Of a DNA stretch of 43,980 bases, positions 22,923-37,804 are shown in pieces (positions within the stretch are counted from its first letter, which is position 1; every line of letters starts with the position of its first letter). The stretch spans positions 1 through 43,980 of the forward strand of contig MU626421.1 in assembly GCA_025603075.1 (NCBI GenBank), read 5' to 3'. The notes below the pieces were generated by a model. That model saw only the letters and a list, made by a program, of their open reading frames with translations. It made no database searches and had not been told where the DNA came from. The position numbers and the translations under genes are program-made. The stretch is from Neoconidiobolus thromboides FSU 785 (Eukaryota; Fungi; Entomophthoromycota).

Positions 22923-25126
22923 ATGAGTACAATTGAAGAAACGCCTACTGAAACTATGAATGAGGGGAAAGAATTAAGTTTAGAAGAAAAATTAATTGCT
23001 ATTGAAGAGAGCCTTAAAGTTAAAGAAACAGATAAGACATGGATGGATATTGAAGAGGCGATAAAACAAGTGATTAAATTATTTAAATCTCAAAAGTTAA
23101 CCAAATATCAATTAGTTAATTTTATTGAGAAAAATAAAGTGTTTATTGAAGGTTCAGTAAGTTTATTAAAGTTTTAGTTTTTAGTTTTTAAATAACTCAA
23201 TTCTACTATCTTAGATCAATACTGATCGGACAAGACTTACTGGTACAGCTACCCTATTCATGCAAGAAGCTAGTATTTATTTAGAGACCGATTATTTTCC
23301 AATTGCTGAATGGGCCGTACCAGCAATTTTAAAATTAACAGCAAGAACCAATAAAGTAACTGTTACCAGAGCTCAGAATGCATTAGAACAAATTACTATT
23401 AATACAAAAATTGAAGATTTAATTTCATATTATCACTCTAATATACAACATATATCAAAATCCGTTCGTCTATCTGTGGCCAAATTAGTTTTGGTTTATT
23501 TAAATCATTTATCGGACGAAGCATTACTATCTCAGTTAGAGAAGATTGAAGATTGTATATGTGAAGGGGCTATTGATTCCACTCCAGAAGTTAGAGCCAT
23601 GACGAGAAATAGCTATCAAATCTATGCCAAAAAATTTCCACAACAAAGTGAAAAGTAAATTTATTTAGAATTAATACAGTTGTAATTTAAACCTATTTTC
23701 ATTTAGCTTTTACAACACCTTGACGGATGTGGCCCAAAAATATTTAAAGCTGAAAACCACAAAACCAGCATCTAGTAAACCGATATCGAATATTAAACGT
23801 ATGTTAGAGGAAAATGCTAAACGACAAAGAGAAGCTCAAGGTATTAATATTGATAATCAAAGTAACTATAGTACAATTAAAGATTATTTTGATTTGCAGC
23901 AACAAAAAAAAATAGAGGAAAAAATTAATGGTACGGGTAAAAGATGGATGAGAGTGAAGGACGAAAATGGAATGGAGGTGGAAGTGGAGGTGGAGGTTGA
24001 AGAAGAAAATGAGATTGAAGTAAGAGAAGATAGAATAAGTGAGGAAGAAGCTAAAGAGGAAATAAAGGAATTTGAGGGAATAGGAGAGGAAGAAGTTGAA
24101 GACAAAGGAGTAAAGGAGGAAGAAGTAAAGGAGGAAGAAGTAAAGGAGGAAGAAGTAAAGGAGGAAGAAGTAAAGGAGGAAAAAGTAAAGGAGAAAGAAG
24201 CAGAGACTGAAGAGGTGAAAGAAGAAGTTAAGGAAACTGAGGTGGAAATTCAAGAGGTTGAAGAAGTTGAAGAAGTTGAGATAGAAGTTAAAGAAACTGA
24301 AGAGGTTGAGATAGAAGTTAATGAAGCAAAAGAGGAAGAAATTAAGGAAGAAGAAACAAAAATGTTTAAAAGTGAAAGTGAAATAAAAGAGGTAGGAGTA
24401 AAAGAGAATGTAATAGAAGATGAAACAAAAACTAATGAAGTAAAAAATATTGAAATTAAAGTTGATGAGGCAACTGATGAAGAAGTGACTGAGATTGAAA
24501 CAGAAAAAGAAATAAAAGAGGATGAATCAAGAAAGAAAATCCAAGAGGCAGAGGTAGCAGAGGTGGTAGTGAGAAAAGAAGTTAGGAAAATAGAAGAAAT
24601 GGAAGAGGTGGAAGAAGAAACAAAGATCAATGCTATATCACCTGTAGTAATTGAAAATCAATCCCAGGAAACATCGATTTCTACATCACCAATATCACCT
24701 ATCTCTTCAATTTCGAATACGATTCAATTGGATCAATCCATCCATTCCTTACCACCACCAATGGTATTAAGTGTAGTTACAAAAGATAATCAAGATGATG
24801 ATAATAAGACTGTAAAGGATAGATCTAAGCCGATAAGTATTAAGCAAAAACTAAGTAAAACATTACAACGAATAAGTAACAACAAAAGAAAAGAACTAAA
24901 GGGAAGTAAAGGTTCAAAAGATGATACTTGGTTAAATACATTTGACCATGGAGAAGTACCATCAACATCAGCTTATATTAGTTATAAAGATTATATTTTA
25001 AGTCCAAGGTTCCTCCAAGCTATTCGTCCAACGATTTCTAGTTTAGCTAAAAAATCGGAGCCTAAAGTACCTAGTTTTTCAAGTACTAAAACTAGCTCAA
25101 TGCAAAGATCTCATACTTCGAATTAA
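22923..25126 (+). CDS. CLASP_N (TOG/HEAT) domain protein with long Glu-rich repetitive region
   Basis: Three exons (introns after ...IEGS and ...QSEN). HEAT-like motifs DRTRLTGTA, PAILKLTARTNKV and GAIDSTPEVR; then a long E/K/V-rich tract and a basic Ser-rich tail. Confidence 0.8.
24110..24199 (+). repeat. Coding 15-bp minisatellite (GTAAAGGAGGAAGAA)x6 encoding VKEEE
   Basis: Four perfect and two one-mismatch units read directly. Confidence 0.95.
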
Positions 25127-25234
25127 GTGGAGCTGATATTGAAGATGATAGTTTTATTTTAATTGTTTTTAGCTTTTGAGCATTGATTTTTTATTTTATT
25201 AAATGAGTTTTTATGATTATTTTTTAAAATCTTA

Positions 25235-25331
25235 TGAAGATATTTTTTAGTTTCATCACTTTTTCCACTTTTTAAACGCTATTTGAGCGAAAAAATTGTT
25301 AATAGAATCCTTAAACAAAAATACATCCCCT
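25235..25331 (+). mobile_element. MITE-like element, copy 5
   Basis: TGAAGATATTTTTTAG...CAAAAATACATCCCC with the shared core; starts 108 bp after the CLASP_N gene stop. Confidence 0.8.
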
Positions 25332-25631
25332 GGTATTTTTAGATTTGATTGAAAATTGAAGGATAGTTTGTAAATTTTATTTTTATTTAGATATTATTTG
25401 TTTTAGATATTTGTTTTGTTTGGTATTGAATTATTAAATATAGTATGGTTAATAAAAAAGTAGCAAAACTAACATTCAAACGTTAATAATTTTACAAAAT
25501 AAAAATAAAATATTAAATTTTGAGTTATTAATTTGGTCATAAAATTAAATTCATTATTTAGCCAATAAACTCTATTTATAAATACCTAAAAAAATAAAAT
25601 ATTTTATTTGTTTGATATCTCTTTCACTGAA

Positions 25632-27984
<2,353 letters not shown>

Positions 27985-28019
27985 TTTTGGAATATATATT
28001 AATATATATTCTAAAGTTA

Positions 28020-29438
28020 TTAATGATAATTATATGGAAAATGTAAAAAAGAATAAAGGGGTTGGTTTTTTTCATCAAAATGAAAGGGCTCATAACAATG
28101 ATCACAAAATAAACAAGGATTAGCACCGGATAATTTATCATTTAAAGTAATATGATTAGCTTGAAATAAACCACATGCTCTACAAATCATTTTACGTAAT
28201 CTACTTTTATATGTAAATACAGGATATAATGATTTATTGGCTTTATCTAACATTGGATTAAATTTTCTTATTTTTCGAAATAAAAATAAATGTTGACAAT
28301 GATTTTGATGATAAAATAAATAAGGTTGATTTAATCGAAGTTGAATATCTTTTAATTTAACTTGAGACATATCTTCTGCGGAGTAATGAAACAAAGGTAA
28401 ATTATTCTTTTGGTTTTGTTTATTAATAATTTGAGACCATTGAATTAAAGGTTTTGATAAGTCTTGATTTAAGTTACTACGATTATCATTATAAAATATA
28501 TTTTCAATAAAGAAAAAACTGGGGCTTGTTTTTTTATCAAATGTATCTAACTCATTTTTACGATTTACATTAATTACATTTGGTAGAAGTGATTCATCTA
28601 ACATTTTTTCTAATCTTTTTTCATCTTCAATTGTTGAATAAGCTAAAAAGTCGCTAATACAATAGAATTTATCTCTTAATTCACATAATGTTTGCTCATC
28701 ATACATTAAAAAAGATTGATATTTACTATATGGTTTTTTTTTACTTTGATATAAATCAATAGCATAAATAAAATTATCTTCTGTTAATTGGTCTTCTTTA
28801 CAAACTACTTCTTCTTTATCTTCTTCTTTTTCTACTACTTCATTCAACCCTTCTTTTTTACGATATAAATATTTAACTCTACTATTAAATTGAACCGAGT
28901 GTAATTTACTTTTTTTTAATACTTCGTCTAATAAATATTGCTTATTATTAATCGATAAATTTTTATTAATAATGGCTTTATTAATATTTAATTTAAATAC
29001 TAAATTATCTCGCTCTTTTTCTTCTTCTTCTTGATTATCTTCTTCTTCTTCTTCCTCTCCGTTCTTTTTGCCCTTCTTTTTTTTTGTAGGTCTACCTCTT
29101 TTCTTTTTGTTACTAATATCATCTCCTTTCTGTCCTTTTTTACTCCAGTTATAATTATTTAAACTTAAAAGATCAAATGGTACCATCACTTTTTTTCTAT
29201 CATTAATAGTAGCCCAATTAGCAAATAGAGCGGGGTCATTAAATACCTCTCCTTTTATTAAATCTTCTTCTTTAATTTGAAACTCTCTTTCAATCGAACG
29301 ATAATTCTCTTTAACAGTTAATTGTTTTAAATAATCATCCGAGGGGTCAGCCAACTCAAATTTTTTACTGATTTCGGAATACTGCTTTTCAATAGTTGAT
29401 ATATCAATTACTTCACTAGCTTCAGGATGTAGCTTCAT
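28020..29438 (-). CDS. SNAPC3: snRNA-activating protein complex subunit 3 (SNAP50), 472 aa
   Basis: Intronless. Motifs QTLCELRDKFYC, SFFFIENIFYND, RLNQPYLFYHQNHCQHLFLF and the C-terminal zinc finger CRAC...NPCLFCDHCYEPFH typical of SNAP50. Confidence 0.92.
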   Translation of the reverse strand: MKLHPEASEVIDISTIEKQYSEISKKFELADPSDDYLKQLTVKENYRSIEREFQIKEEDLIKGEVFNDPALFANWATINDRKKVMVPFDLLSLNNYNWSKKGQKGDDISNKKKRGRPTKKKKGKKNGEEEEEEDNQEEEEKERDNLVFKLNINKAIINKNLSINNKQYLLDEVLKKSKLHSVQFNSRVKYLYRKKEGLNEVVEKEEDKEEVVCKEDQLTEDNFIYAIDLYQSKKKPYSKYQSFLMYDEQTLCELRDKFYCISDFLAYSTIEDEKRLEKMLDESLLPNVINVNRKNELDTFDKKTSPSFFFIENIFYNDNRSNLNQDLSKPLIQWSQIINKQNQKNNLPLFHYSAEDMSQVKLKDIQLRLNQPYLFYHQNHCQHLFLFRKIRKFNPMLDKANKSLYPVFTYKSRLRKMICRACGLFQANHITLNDKLSGANPCLFCDHCYEPFHFDEKNQPLYSFLHFPYNYH

Positions 29439-29688
29439 AGTTAACGATGGCTTATTTTGGTGCTTTTCTTATTGAGATTTATATTTTTTTTAAAATTGAA
29501 GTTTAGTTTGTTTTGTTCTCTGAGAATAAAATACTCTAATAAAAAGAACTCAATTTTGTAATATTTTAGTAATTTAATCATTAATCCCTGATTATTTTGG
29601 ATCCCATAATAAAATCACAATCAAAAAATTAATCAAAATATAAAATTATCAAAAAAACTTGAATTTTAGTCGGATCAATTAATAAAAG

Positions 29689-31473
29689 ATGTTACTAACC
29701 AATAAGCCACAATCACTTTATAAACTTGTTCATAAAGGTAAAAGCAATGTTTCAATTTATAACATTCATTATCTAACTCTTATCTTATAGATCTAACTCA
29801 AGTAATCCAACTCCGCCAATTTACTAGTATTATAACTTGTAGCAATATTGCCAGCAAAGAAACTTGGTTGAACAAAAGTATAGATCAGCATAGTCTTGAA
29901 TTACAAAAAGAAAACTTAGGGTTTGGTTTATATCGTCAAAAAAAAAGGGAAGCTTTTAGTCAATTATTTTTTAAAATCAATCTACCACCAAGGAAAAAGG
30001 AAAGTTCATTGAAGAAAGAAGGAGATGGTTTAAAATTTAATATGAAACAACATATATTTGGTTGGGTAAGTTTTTTTAATTTTAAAATTTTATCAAGTTA
30101 GTAACTTGTCGAATTACTGTTTTCTTTAGTTAAATTCCGAAATTGAATTAATCAATCAAGACAGTAACAAAAAAGAAAAAGTGATGGAGTTAATTCACAA
30201 AATTAATCAGAGATATATTAAAAGTATTACTTATCCATTAATGATAAGATATGTTGTGGAAAAATATGAAAATGAACATAATATTTTAGATGAAATATTT
30301 ACAATCTATTGTAGTTATCTATATGAGTTAAAGAATGTGATGGGAAGTCAAGAAATACCTAATCATATGGATAGTAAAGATAATTTAAGAATACTAAATA
30401 TGGTAATTAAAATATATGGGGAGATGGGAAACAAAGAAAAATTAGAAGCAGGTAAGTTTTAATTTTTACTAATATTTAAATTATAACATGAGTTTTATTT
30501 TATAGTTAAAGAAGTTATCGAAGCATTCTCAATCTCAGATGACTGTCAATTAGAATCTTCATTTAGTTTAGCTTATTGTCAAACAATGGATTATGAATTA
30601 AGTAAATATCATTTGTTAAAAAGTTTACAATTCGATGGAAATGAAAATCAATTAAGTTTATTTAACAATCTTTTAAAGACAGGGGTTAAACAAACAGAAG
30701 AAGTTAAGGATATTCAAAAAGATAGTAAAAAAGAAATTAAGAAGAAGGATTATTTTCAATGGTTACAACAATACCTTGATTTTTTATACCCACCAACATC
30801 AATACCAGGAAAAAATATAAATATTTATACAATTTTATTAAGATTACAATTATGTAATGATAGTAATGAATTTAGTCATTTAATTAATTTAAGTGATCAA
30901 TTGACATTATTAAATATTAATAAAAAATTAAAATATGATATATTAAAAAAAGCCACACAATTAAATGATATAACAAATAATAATTTATTAAGTATTTATT
31001 ATCAATTAATCAATTGCAAAAAAAGTTTTAATTTTCGAAAGAAAAAACATGAGGAATTAAATGCTAATGTTATTAAGGATACTGAATATCAATTTAATAT
31101 TCAAATGATTTCATTATTATGTAAAAGAGGAATGTTACAAGCAGCTTTTAAATTAGCAATAATTGTATGCAATAATAAGAATATTAAAGAAAACGAGAAG
31201 AAAGAAGTATTCTTTCAATTAATTAAATGCTTTGAAAGAAGTAATGAAATGGACGAGAATAATAAGGAGAATGAGAATAAGAATAATAAGGACATAGGCA
31301 TGGGTTATGGTAGTGATTTTAAAATATTGTTTGGTAATTTTTTATACAAAAATTATATGATTAACAAAGAATGGAATATTCCTAAAAAGCATTTGGAACA
31401 AGTGATGAGAATTTTCGATAAATTGGAGAAGACGGAATGGAAAAATGAAATTTTAAAAATATATTTTAAGTAG
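29689..31473 (+). CDS. Uncharacterised alpha-helical protein, probably mitochondrial (PPR/TPR-like)
   Basis: Four exons (29689-29737, 29791-30065, 30130-30451, about 30506-31473) join in frame. Presequence-like N-terminus ending LRQFTS; PPR-like segment MISLLCKRGMLQAAFKL. Confidence 0.7.
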
Positions 31474-31663
31474 ATAGAATACTATAAAATACAATTATAT
31501 TCCCTTTCTTTAATTCCTTTTTTATAAATAAATCTATAAAATATTCTCTCAATTCTCCCTGGTCCCTAATTTAATTTTAAAAAATTTTGTAATAAATAAA
31601 AGTAAAATCTCTTATTTCAAACTTTTCAACTTTTTTCATTTTTTTTAAAAATCATTATTTTGA

Positions 31664-33322
31664 ATGGAGCCCAACAGTATCGTTTCTCATGACAAAGTAG
31701 ATACTATCTACTCAGCAGATTCAATTGAATGGATACCTTCCACAAACCAGCGACTCATTATTGGTACCTATCAACTTATAGATAATGAAACTCAACAATT
31801 TATAACCCCAGAGAATCCAAGTTCAAATCAAGAGAAAGCTATTAGAAAAGGCAACTTACAATTATATAAAGTCAATGATAAGAATAAATTGTAAGTATCA
31901 ATAAATATTGTTGGAAGCTTTGGGGATGTTGATATAGTTTTTTTTAGGGTGAAAGGGAATGTTATCGAAGGAGAGGCGAGTTTGGATATTAAATGGTAAA
32001 TTAATAGACTAAAAGAAAGTTGGTTTAGAAATCATATTGATTATTAAATTTTATAAAAAGGAGATATTCACCAAGAATAATAGAAGGTGAAAAAAATTAT
32101 TTGTTAGCTCAAGCTGATGCTTCAGGCCAAGTTAAATTTTATTCTTATAACGAAGAAAAGGATGAAGTAAAGATATTTTTATTTTATTTTTTGTATTAAT
32201 ATTTTCATTTTTTCTAAGCTACTAAAAGAAGAAACTCTATTTGAATTTAAAAACATATTGAGTGAAAAAGAAAATCTAGCTCTTTCTTTAGACTGGTCTG
32301 ATAGAATTAATAATGAGTATTGTTTGTTTAAATAGAATAGTAATCTTAAACTAATAAATTAATCATTTTAGTGATTGTAAATTAAGTGTTAGTTTTAGTG
32401 ATGGTAGTTTATCCGTTATTGAATTAAATCCAGATACTTTAAAAGGACAGATAAAATATCGATGGTTAGCACATTCATTGGAAGCTTGGATAACAGGATT
32501 TAATTATCATAATACAAATGTAGTATACTCAGGTAATTTATAATAATAATAATAATAATAATAATAATTTGATTGCTTTTGTTTTTTATTTGTTTTATTT
32601 TAAAAGGTGCCGATGATGCTTTATTTAAAAGTTGGGATTTAAGATTATTAGATCAATATACTGGAGATGAAGATATAGTTAAAAGTTCAACTGCTGTTAT
32701 GACAAATAAAAGGTAAAATTTTTATATTTTTTGTGTATTATTTTTTTAATATACATATAAATCATTAAGTCATATGGCAGGAGTATGTTCTCTTCATTCT
32801 AATCCAAATAGAGAAAATTATATTGCTACTGGAAGGTAAAATAGCATTAATATATATATTAATATTATTTATGTTTATAATTTATTTAGTTACGACGAAA
32901 CAGTACGCATATTTGATACACGTAAACTAAAAGTCCCGGTAAGTGAAATAAACGTAGATGGTGGCGTATGGCGAGTCAAATGGCATTCTACAAATCCAAG
33001 TCAATTGATTGTAGCTGCTATGCATGGTGGGTTTCATCAACTTAAGTTGGATTATAGTAAATATTTAATAATTATCTTGTTTTATTTTATTTTATCTTAT
33101 AATTAGATAATAATAATGAATTTTCAATACAAAATTCTTTTATGGATCATACCTCTATTGCTTATGGAGTAGATTGGTCATATAATCCAACAAACAATCA
33201 ACAATTAATTGGCTCTGTTTCGTTTTATGATCATTCAATGTATTTATGGTAGGCTTTTATGTTATTTTTTAAAGTATTTATTAAATCTAATTTTATTTAG
33301 GTCAATTAATAAAAGTAGTTAA
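31664..33322 (+). CDS. DPH7: Diphthine methyltransferase/methylesterase, WD40 repeat (DPH7/RRT2/WDR85)
   Basis: About ten exons: DTIYSADSIEWIP, IGTYQL, SLDWS, HSLEAWITGF, SGADDALFKSWDLR, HMAGV, TGSYDETVRIFDTR, GGVWRVKWH, AAMHGGF, SIAYGVDWS, SVSFYDH; stop TAA 33320-33322. Confidence 0.94.
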
Positions 33323-33796
33323 ATAGAAATAAAATTAAAATTAAATTATTACTTGTTACAAGTGTTTGCTTTAAATGTTTATATTACACATCTATGAGTT
33401 TTTATTAATGTAAGTGTTTATAAAGTTCTAATTGTTTATATTGTATGATAGACTAGATCAGATTAGAAATTTACTAGAAATTAGTGTAAAATTAAGATTC
33501 TTTTACATTTATTTTGTTGCTAATATAAAATTAAGCTATACTGTTTTAGAATAGTAAATAATTTTAAATTCAATAGATGTATTTTTTAATTAAAAAACCC
33601 AAAGCTATTCTTCCACTTAAAAAAAAGAGATTCTCCGATTACACCCATTTTACTTATCTACAACAATAAATCACAGGAGTTTAACTCCTTCAAAATCAAA
33701 ACAAAAACTTTTTTGAATTTTAAGCTATTTAGAAATAAACAAATACAACACAAATAACATTGCAACATACTTGAATTTAAATAATTTAAATCAATA

Positions 33797-33894
33797 TGAG
33801 GTTGTCTTTCTTGGTTTCATCACTTTTTCTATTTTTAAGCACCATTTGAATGGAAAGAATATTAGCAAAATTCTTAAACAAAAATACATCCTCA
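33797..33894 (+). mobile_element. MITE-like element, copy 6
   Basis: TA|TGAGGTTGT...ACATCCTCA|TA; shared core. Confidence 0.85.
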
Positions 33895-34300
33895 TAAAAT
33901 AAGTAATTAGATCTTTATTTTGGAGCAAAAGGAGTATTCATATAATTGTGATTTTATTACTAATTAAAAGTCACATTTAGAACCTAATATTAAATAGATG
34001 TTTCAATTGATCTGAAATTTTGACTAGATATTTTCAAAAGCTTAATTTGTCTTTGTTATTTTTATTATTTTTGTTTTATTGAGTAAATAATAAAGGATAG
34101 CACACCTAAATAATAAAAAGCCCAACAAATCTTGCTTTGTTTAATAAATGTTAGCATTTATTAAGAGTTATTATCTAATATATATTAATACATATTATTA
34201 GTTGCGGAATTATTGAGCTTTACATCGATCGATTTTTTTACTATAAATTTCTATAATTCGTAATTATTAACTTTTTATCATTTATTAAGATAATTCATAA

Positions 34301-34337
34301 TTTATAGTTTTATAGTTTTATAGTTTTATAGTTTTAT
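34301..34337. repeat. 8-bp microsatellite (TTTTATAG)x4.5
   Basis: Read directly. Confidence 0.85.
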
Positions 34338-36554
34338 TGATAATGCACCCTAAGTATTAGCATGAGTTATTTTTTTTATTTTATTTTATTCAGTATGCTG
34401 TTAAAGGGATAGGGTATTATTTCAAATCAAGGATTATAGCTTAACTAATTATTTAAGATATTCTTCATAAAAACAGTGATTTATTCAAAAAAAATAATAG
34501 AAACTAAAAATAGAGAAGTTAGACTATACCAAGATGTTAACTAGAAGCGGAATATTTTCAAGGTGGAGTTTACCCATTTCAGATTGTAAAGCAAGTAAAC
34601 ATAGATTAGAACTAACTTAATCTTTAAAAAATAGTTAATAAAATAAACAAAATTTGGTACACTACTTAAGAAACGTCTCAACTAATAAAGCTTAAAAGTA
34701 ATAACATCGGTTTTTATAACGCCTAAATATTTTCCCTTAAATGTTATCATCTATTATAGTAAGTTGTGAAAAAAAAATAATAGTTGATTCAGAGCTCGTT
34801 TACTTAAATTAGTTGGAAAATTTCTTTATTTCGTAATTATTCACTTCTCTTAGTTTATTAAGAAATTTTTCAATTTATTGCGATTTTTACTTGTTGATAT
34901 TACTAGTATTTTTTATTAGCATAATAAGCTATACATTGATATTTATAATTTTAATAAATAGTGGTTTACCTAATTCAACTTGTAGCATGAATTTTAAACT
35001 CGTATTTAACATTCTATCAATTTATCTTTCTTATAATACTATTAAGATAGTTATGATAATAATAATAATTATTATTATAGAGACTAAAGTTCCTTTATAT
35101 GAATATTGAAATTTATTAAACTTGACTTATTATAGTCAAATGTGAGTATTTGAACTACGACCAACACTTTCTTAATTTTCCTTTCTTTTTCTTTAGTCTG
35201 TAATTGCTTACATACTTAGTTCAATAAACGACTTATAATTTGTATTAAGTCATTTCATTAACTAGTTACAGGTACTAATTGAAATGAATAAACAAGTATT
35301 TTCTTGTTATAATATGATCTTAAAAAGACCGATTTATTTAAAAACAAGAAAAATTATAGCTTAATTTTTAAAAACTCTAATTCTCGACTATTTAGTTTAG
35401 TTCAGTTCTGATATAATAACAAAAAAGCATAACTAATATATAAAAGCTCAATAATAATATTTTTTTGAAAGCTGCTCATCATTGAAAGTTATTATTTAAT
35501 ATAAATAAATATAAACCATGACTAAATATAAATAATAATTTGTTAACTATATTGATATATTTTAAATTCCCTTGATTTGTAAATGTTTACTTTTTTAAAT
35601 AACTTTATCATAAGTGATTTATTTTGAAATTATTTTTCCACCAAGTAATATATGCTCTTATTTATTTAGACACTTTATAATTTATTAATGAATTATCTTA
35701 TCCATTGATAGCGTATGCTATATGTATATTAGCATAACAACATGAAAACAGAAAGGAGACGAATGGCGAAGTTTCTAAAAAAAGGAATCACTTAAAATAG
35801 TAAGTTTGTTTAATATAAAATTATCATATTTATTTTTATAAGTGAATGTATCTTCTTTTTGTCAATAATTCTTTACTTTTTTTAATCAGATATATTAATT
35901 CTAAACCTATTCTTAAAGCTTATTGACTTTCAATTTCTCTTTTTACAAAAAATCAAGGGTTTAATTTTTTAAAGAATGGTTAGAAACATATATGCAGAAA
36001 AATGTAAAGATATTTTATAACATAACATTATGTATATTTAAAATTTTATAAAACGGCAGATAAATTTAAAGTACTATATTATTTATATAATCTTTATTTG
36101 TTATAATTACTACTTCAACTCTAACATCACAATATAAAAATCTACTAAGCTATTACTCAATTTATGAATGAGTTTACACACCGTATTCAATAATTCCAGT
36201 TATGGTCAATAACGCTAGACCATATAAGCAAAAACGCAACTAACCTTATAAAATGATGGACCGGCGGACAGCTAAATAAAGTTTGCGACATAGTTTTGCT
36301 TGTTTAATTTAATACCTTAATGTTAAGTTTCGTTCCATAGTATAAGACATTCCTTCTAGATTTTTATCTTTACTTTTAATATCGTTAAATGCTTTATGGT
36401 TGTTTTATTTCATTGTCTCTCTTTTTTCCCTCATTTTATAACCCCTCATTTTTTTATTATGTTTATTTTTGTTTCAGTAGTAGGGCTTATTTTTTTTATA
36501 AAATCAATGAATGGTAACTGAGAATAAATAAATATAACAAAAAGAATAACAATG

Positions 36555-36635
36555 AAAGAAGTTCAAAATAAAAGAAGTTCAAAATAAAGCAATCCTTTAA
36601 TTAGGAAAACAGTATTTAATTAGGAAAATAGTAGT
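36555..36635. repeat. Two adjacent short tandem duplications (16 bp x2 and 19 bp x2)
   Basis: AAAGAAGTTCAAAATA x2 (36555-36586); TAATTAGGAAAACAGTATT / TAATTAGGAAAATAGTAGT (36598-36635). Confidence 0.75.
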
Positions 36636-37804
36636 TTATTATATCAATTTAATAAATTAACATTGACCTATCTATTGAATAAAACCCACCGCCATAAATA
36701 AAACAAAATACACAAAAAATAAGAGTATATAAACTTTGATATGAAATCATCTACCAATCAAAATATATATCAATCAACCATCCAAGCTAATAGCAAACTT
36801 TCTCAACATTCGGCATTATCTAGTTACTTAAATAATCAATTTTTATGATTAATTTGTCAATCTTAAAATATAAACTTTTCTTTATTTTAATTTTTATAGT
36901 TTAAGTAATAATCTAATAAAGCTGAATTTTATTGGCCCTATAGAGTTTAAATTAAAAGTTCATTAAAGCGAAAGAAAAGCAAAAACAAAACAAACAAACA
37001 GCAATAAATGAAAGTAAGCCTCAATCTTATAGCAAATAAATCGGATAGTAAATATGGTGTTGTTTTTTAAGTTGGAATTTTCATGTAAAAAATTCAATAT
37101 GTCGTTAAATGAAATTGGTAGTTCAATCTATCGATTTTTATTGGTTAAATAAGACCCAATCAAAATACCGCTTTTTTTGCAGGAAAATAATAAATTTTGA
37201 TTATTTTAAATAATTAAAATAGTATTAAGGGTCTGAGTTATCATTTTTATTACTTGATATTTGTATGAAATTATTTTAACAAATAATTTTGCCAAGTGAA
37301 TTAGCGCCAAAATAAAATTATGGTGAAAATGGTACCTAATTTCATATTAGGGCTATCAGCCCACATCGTTTTTTCAAGAATATGTAGAAATAAAATTCAA
37401 TGAGAGATACACAATTTTCTGTACTATTAAATAAAATGTATAGCATTTTAGTTCATAATTTCACCTTAATATTATTATCTAAAAATAGATTTATTTCTTA
37501 ATTTAGATTTCTCTTCGAAAAGTTTATTTACATTAAAGTCAAGTAATGGTATTATAGATTTTAATTCTTTTGTGTACTACTTGAACTTATTGTAATTAAT
37601 TATGTATCTAGTATAATTTAAAAAATTCATAAGTTTATATTATTAGATCCACTCAATGGAATTTTATTACGTAAAGGTTGAAAAAAGAAGTAAAGATAAG
37701 ATTATTTCAGTATTATATTATAAAAATTAAGAGAGAAGGAGGAAATGAATCAACTAATTACAAGGTCAACAGGAATAAAAGAATAATACGATTTGGAAAA
37801 ACAA

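Noticed and set aside
14599-24630. ORFs 14599-14913, 16892-17098, 17188-17580, 18778-18966, 23804-24253, 23884-24105, 24250-24630
   Set aside because: Antisense shadows of real genes; the F/L/S-rich ones are reverse complements of the Glu-rich repeat.
31921-31930. TGGGGATGTT (MITE TIR 10-mer) inside DPH7 intron 1
   Set aside because: Solo match with no MITE core or partner TIR; could be chance.
34891-35109. 72-aa I/L/N-rich ORF (and 39133-39321)
   Set aside because: Composition expected from AT-rich non-coding DNA; no motifs or splice support.
36190-36420. VMVNNARPYK, resembling the DNARPH motif of Tc1/IS630 transposases
   Set aside because: No PxYSPDLNPIE motif at DD34E spacing, several stops and no other catalytic motif.
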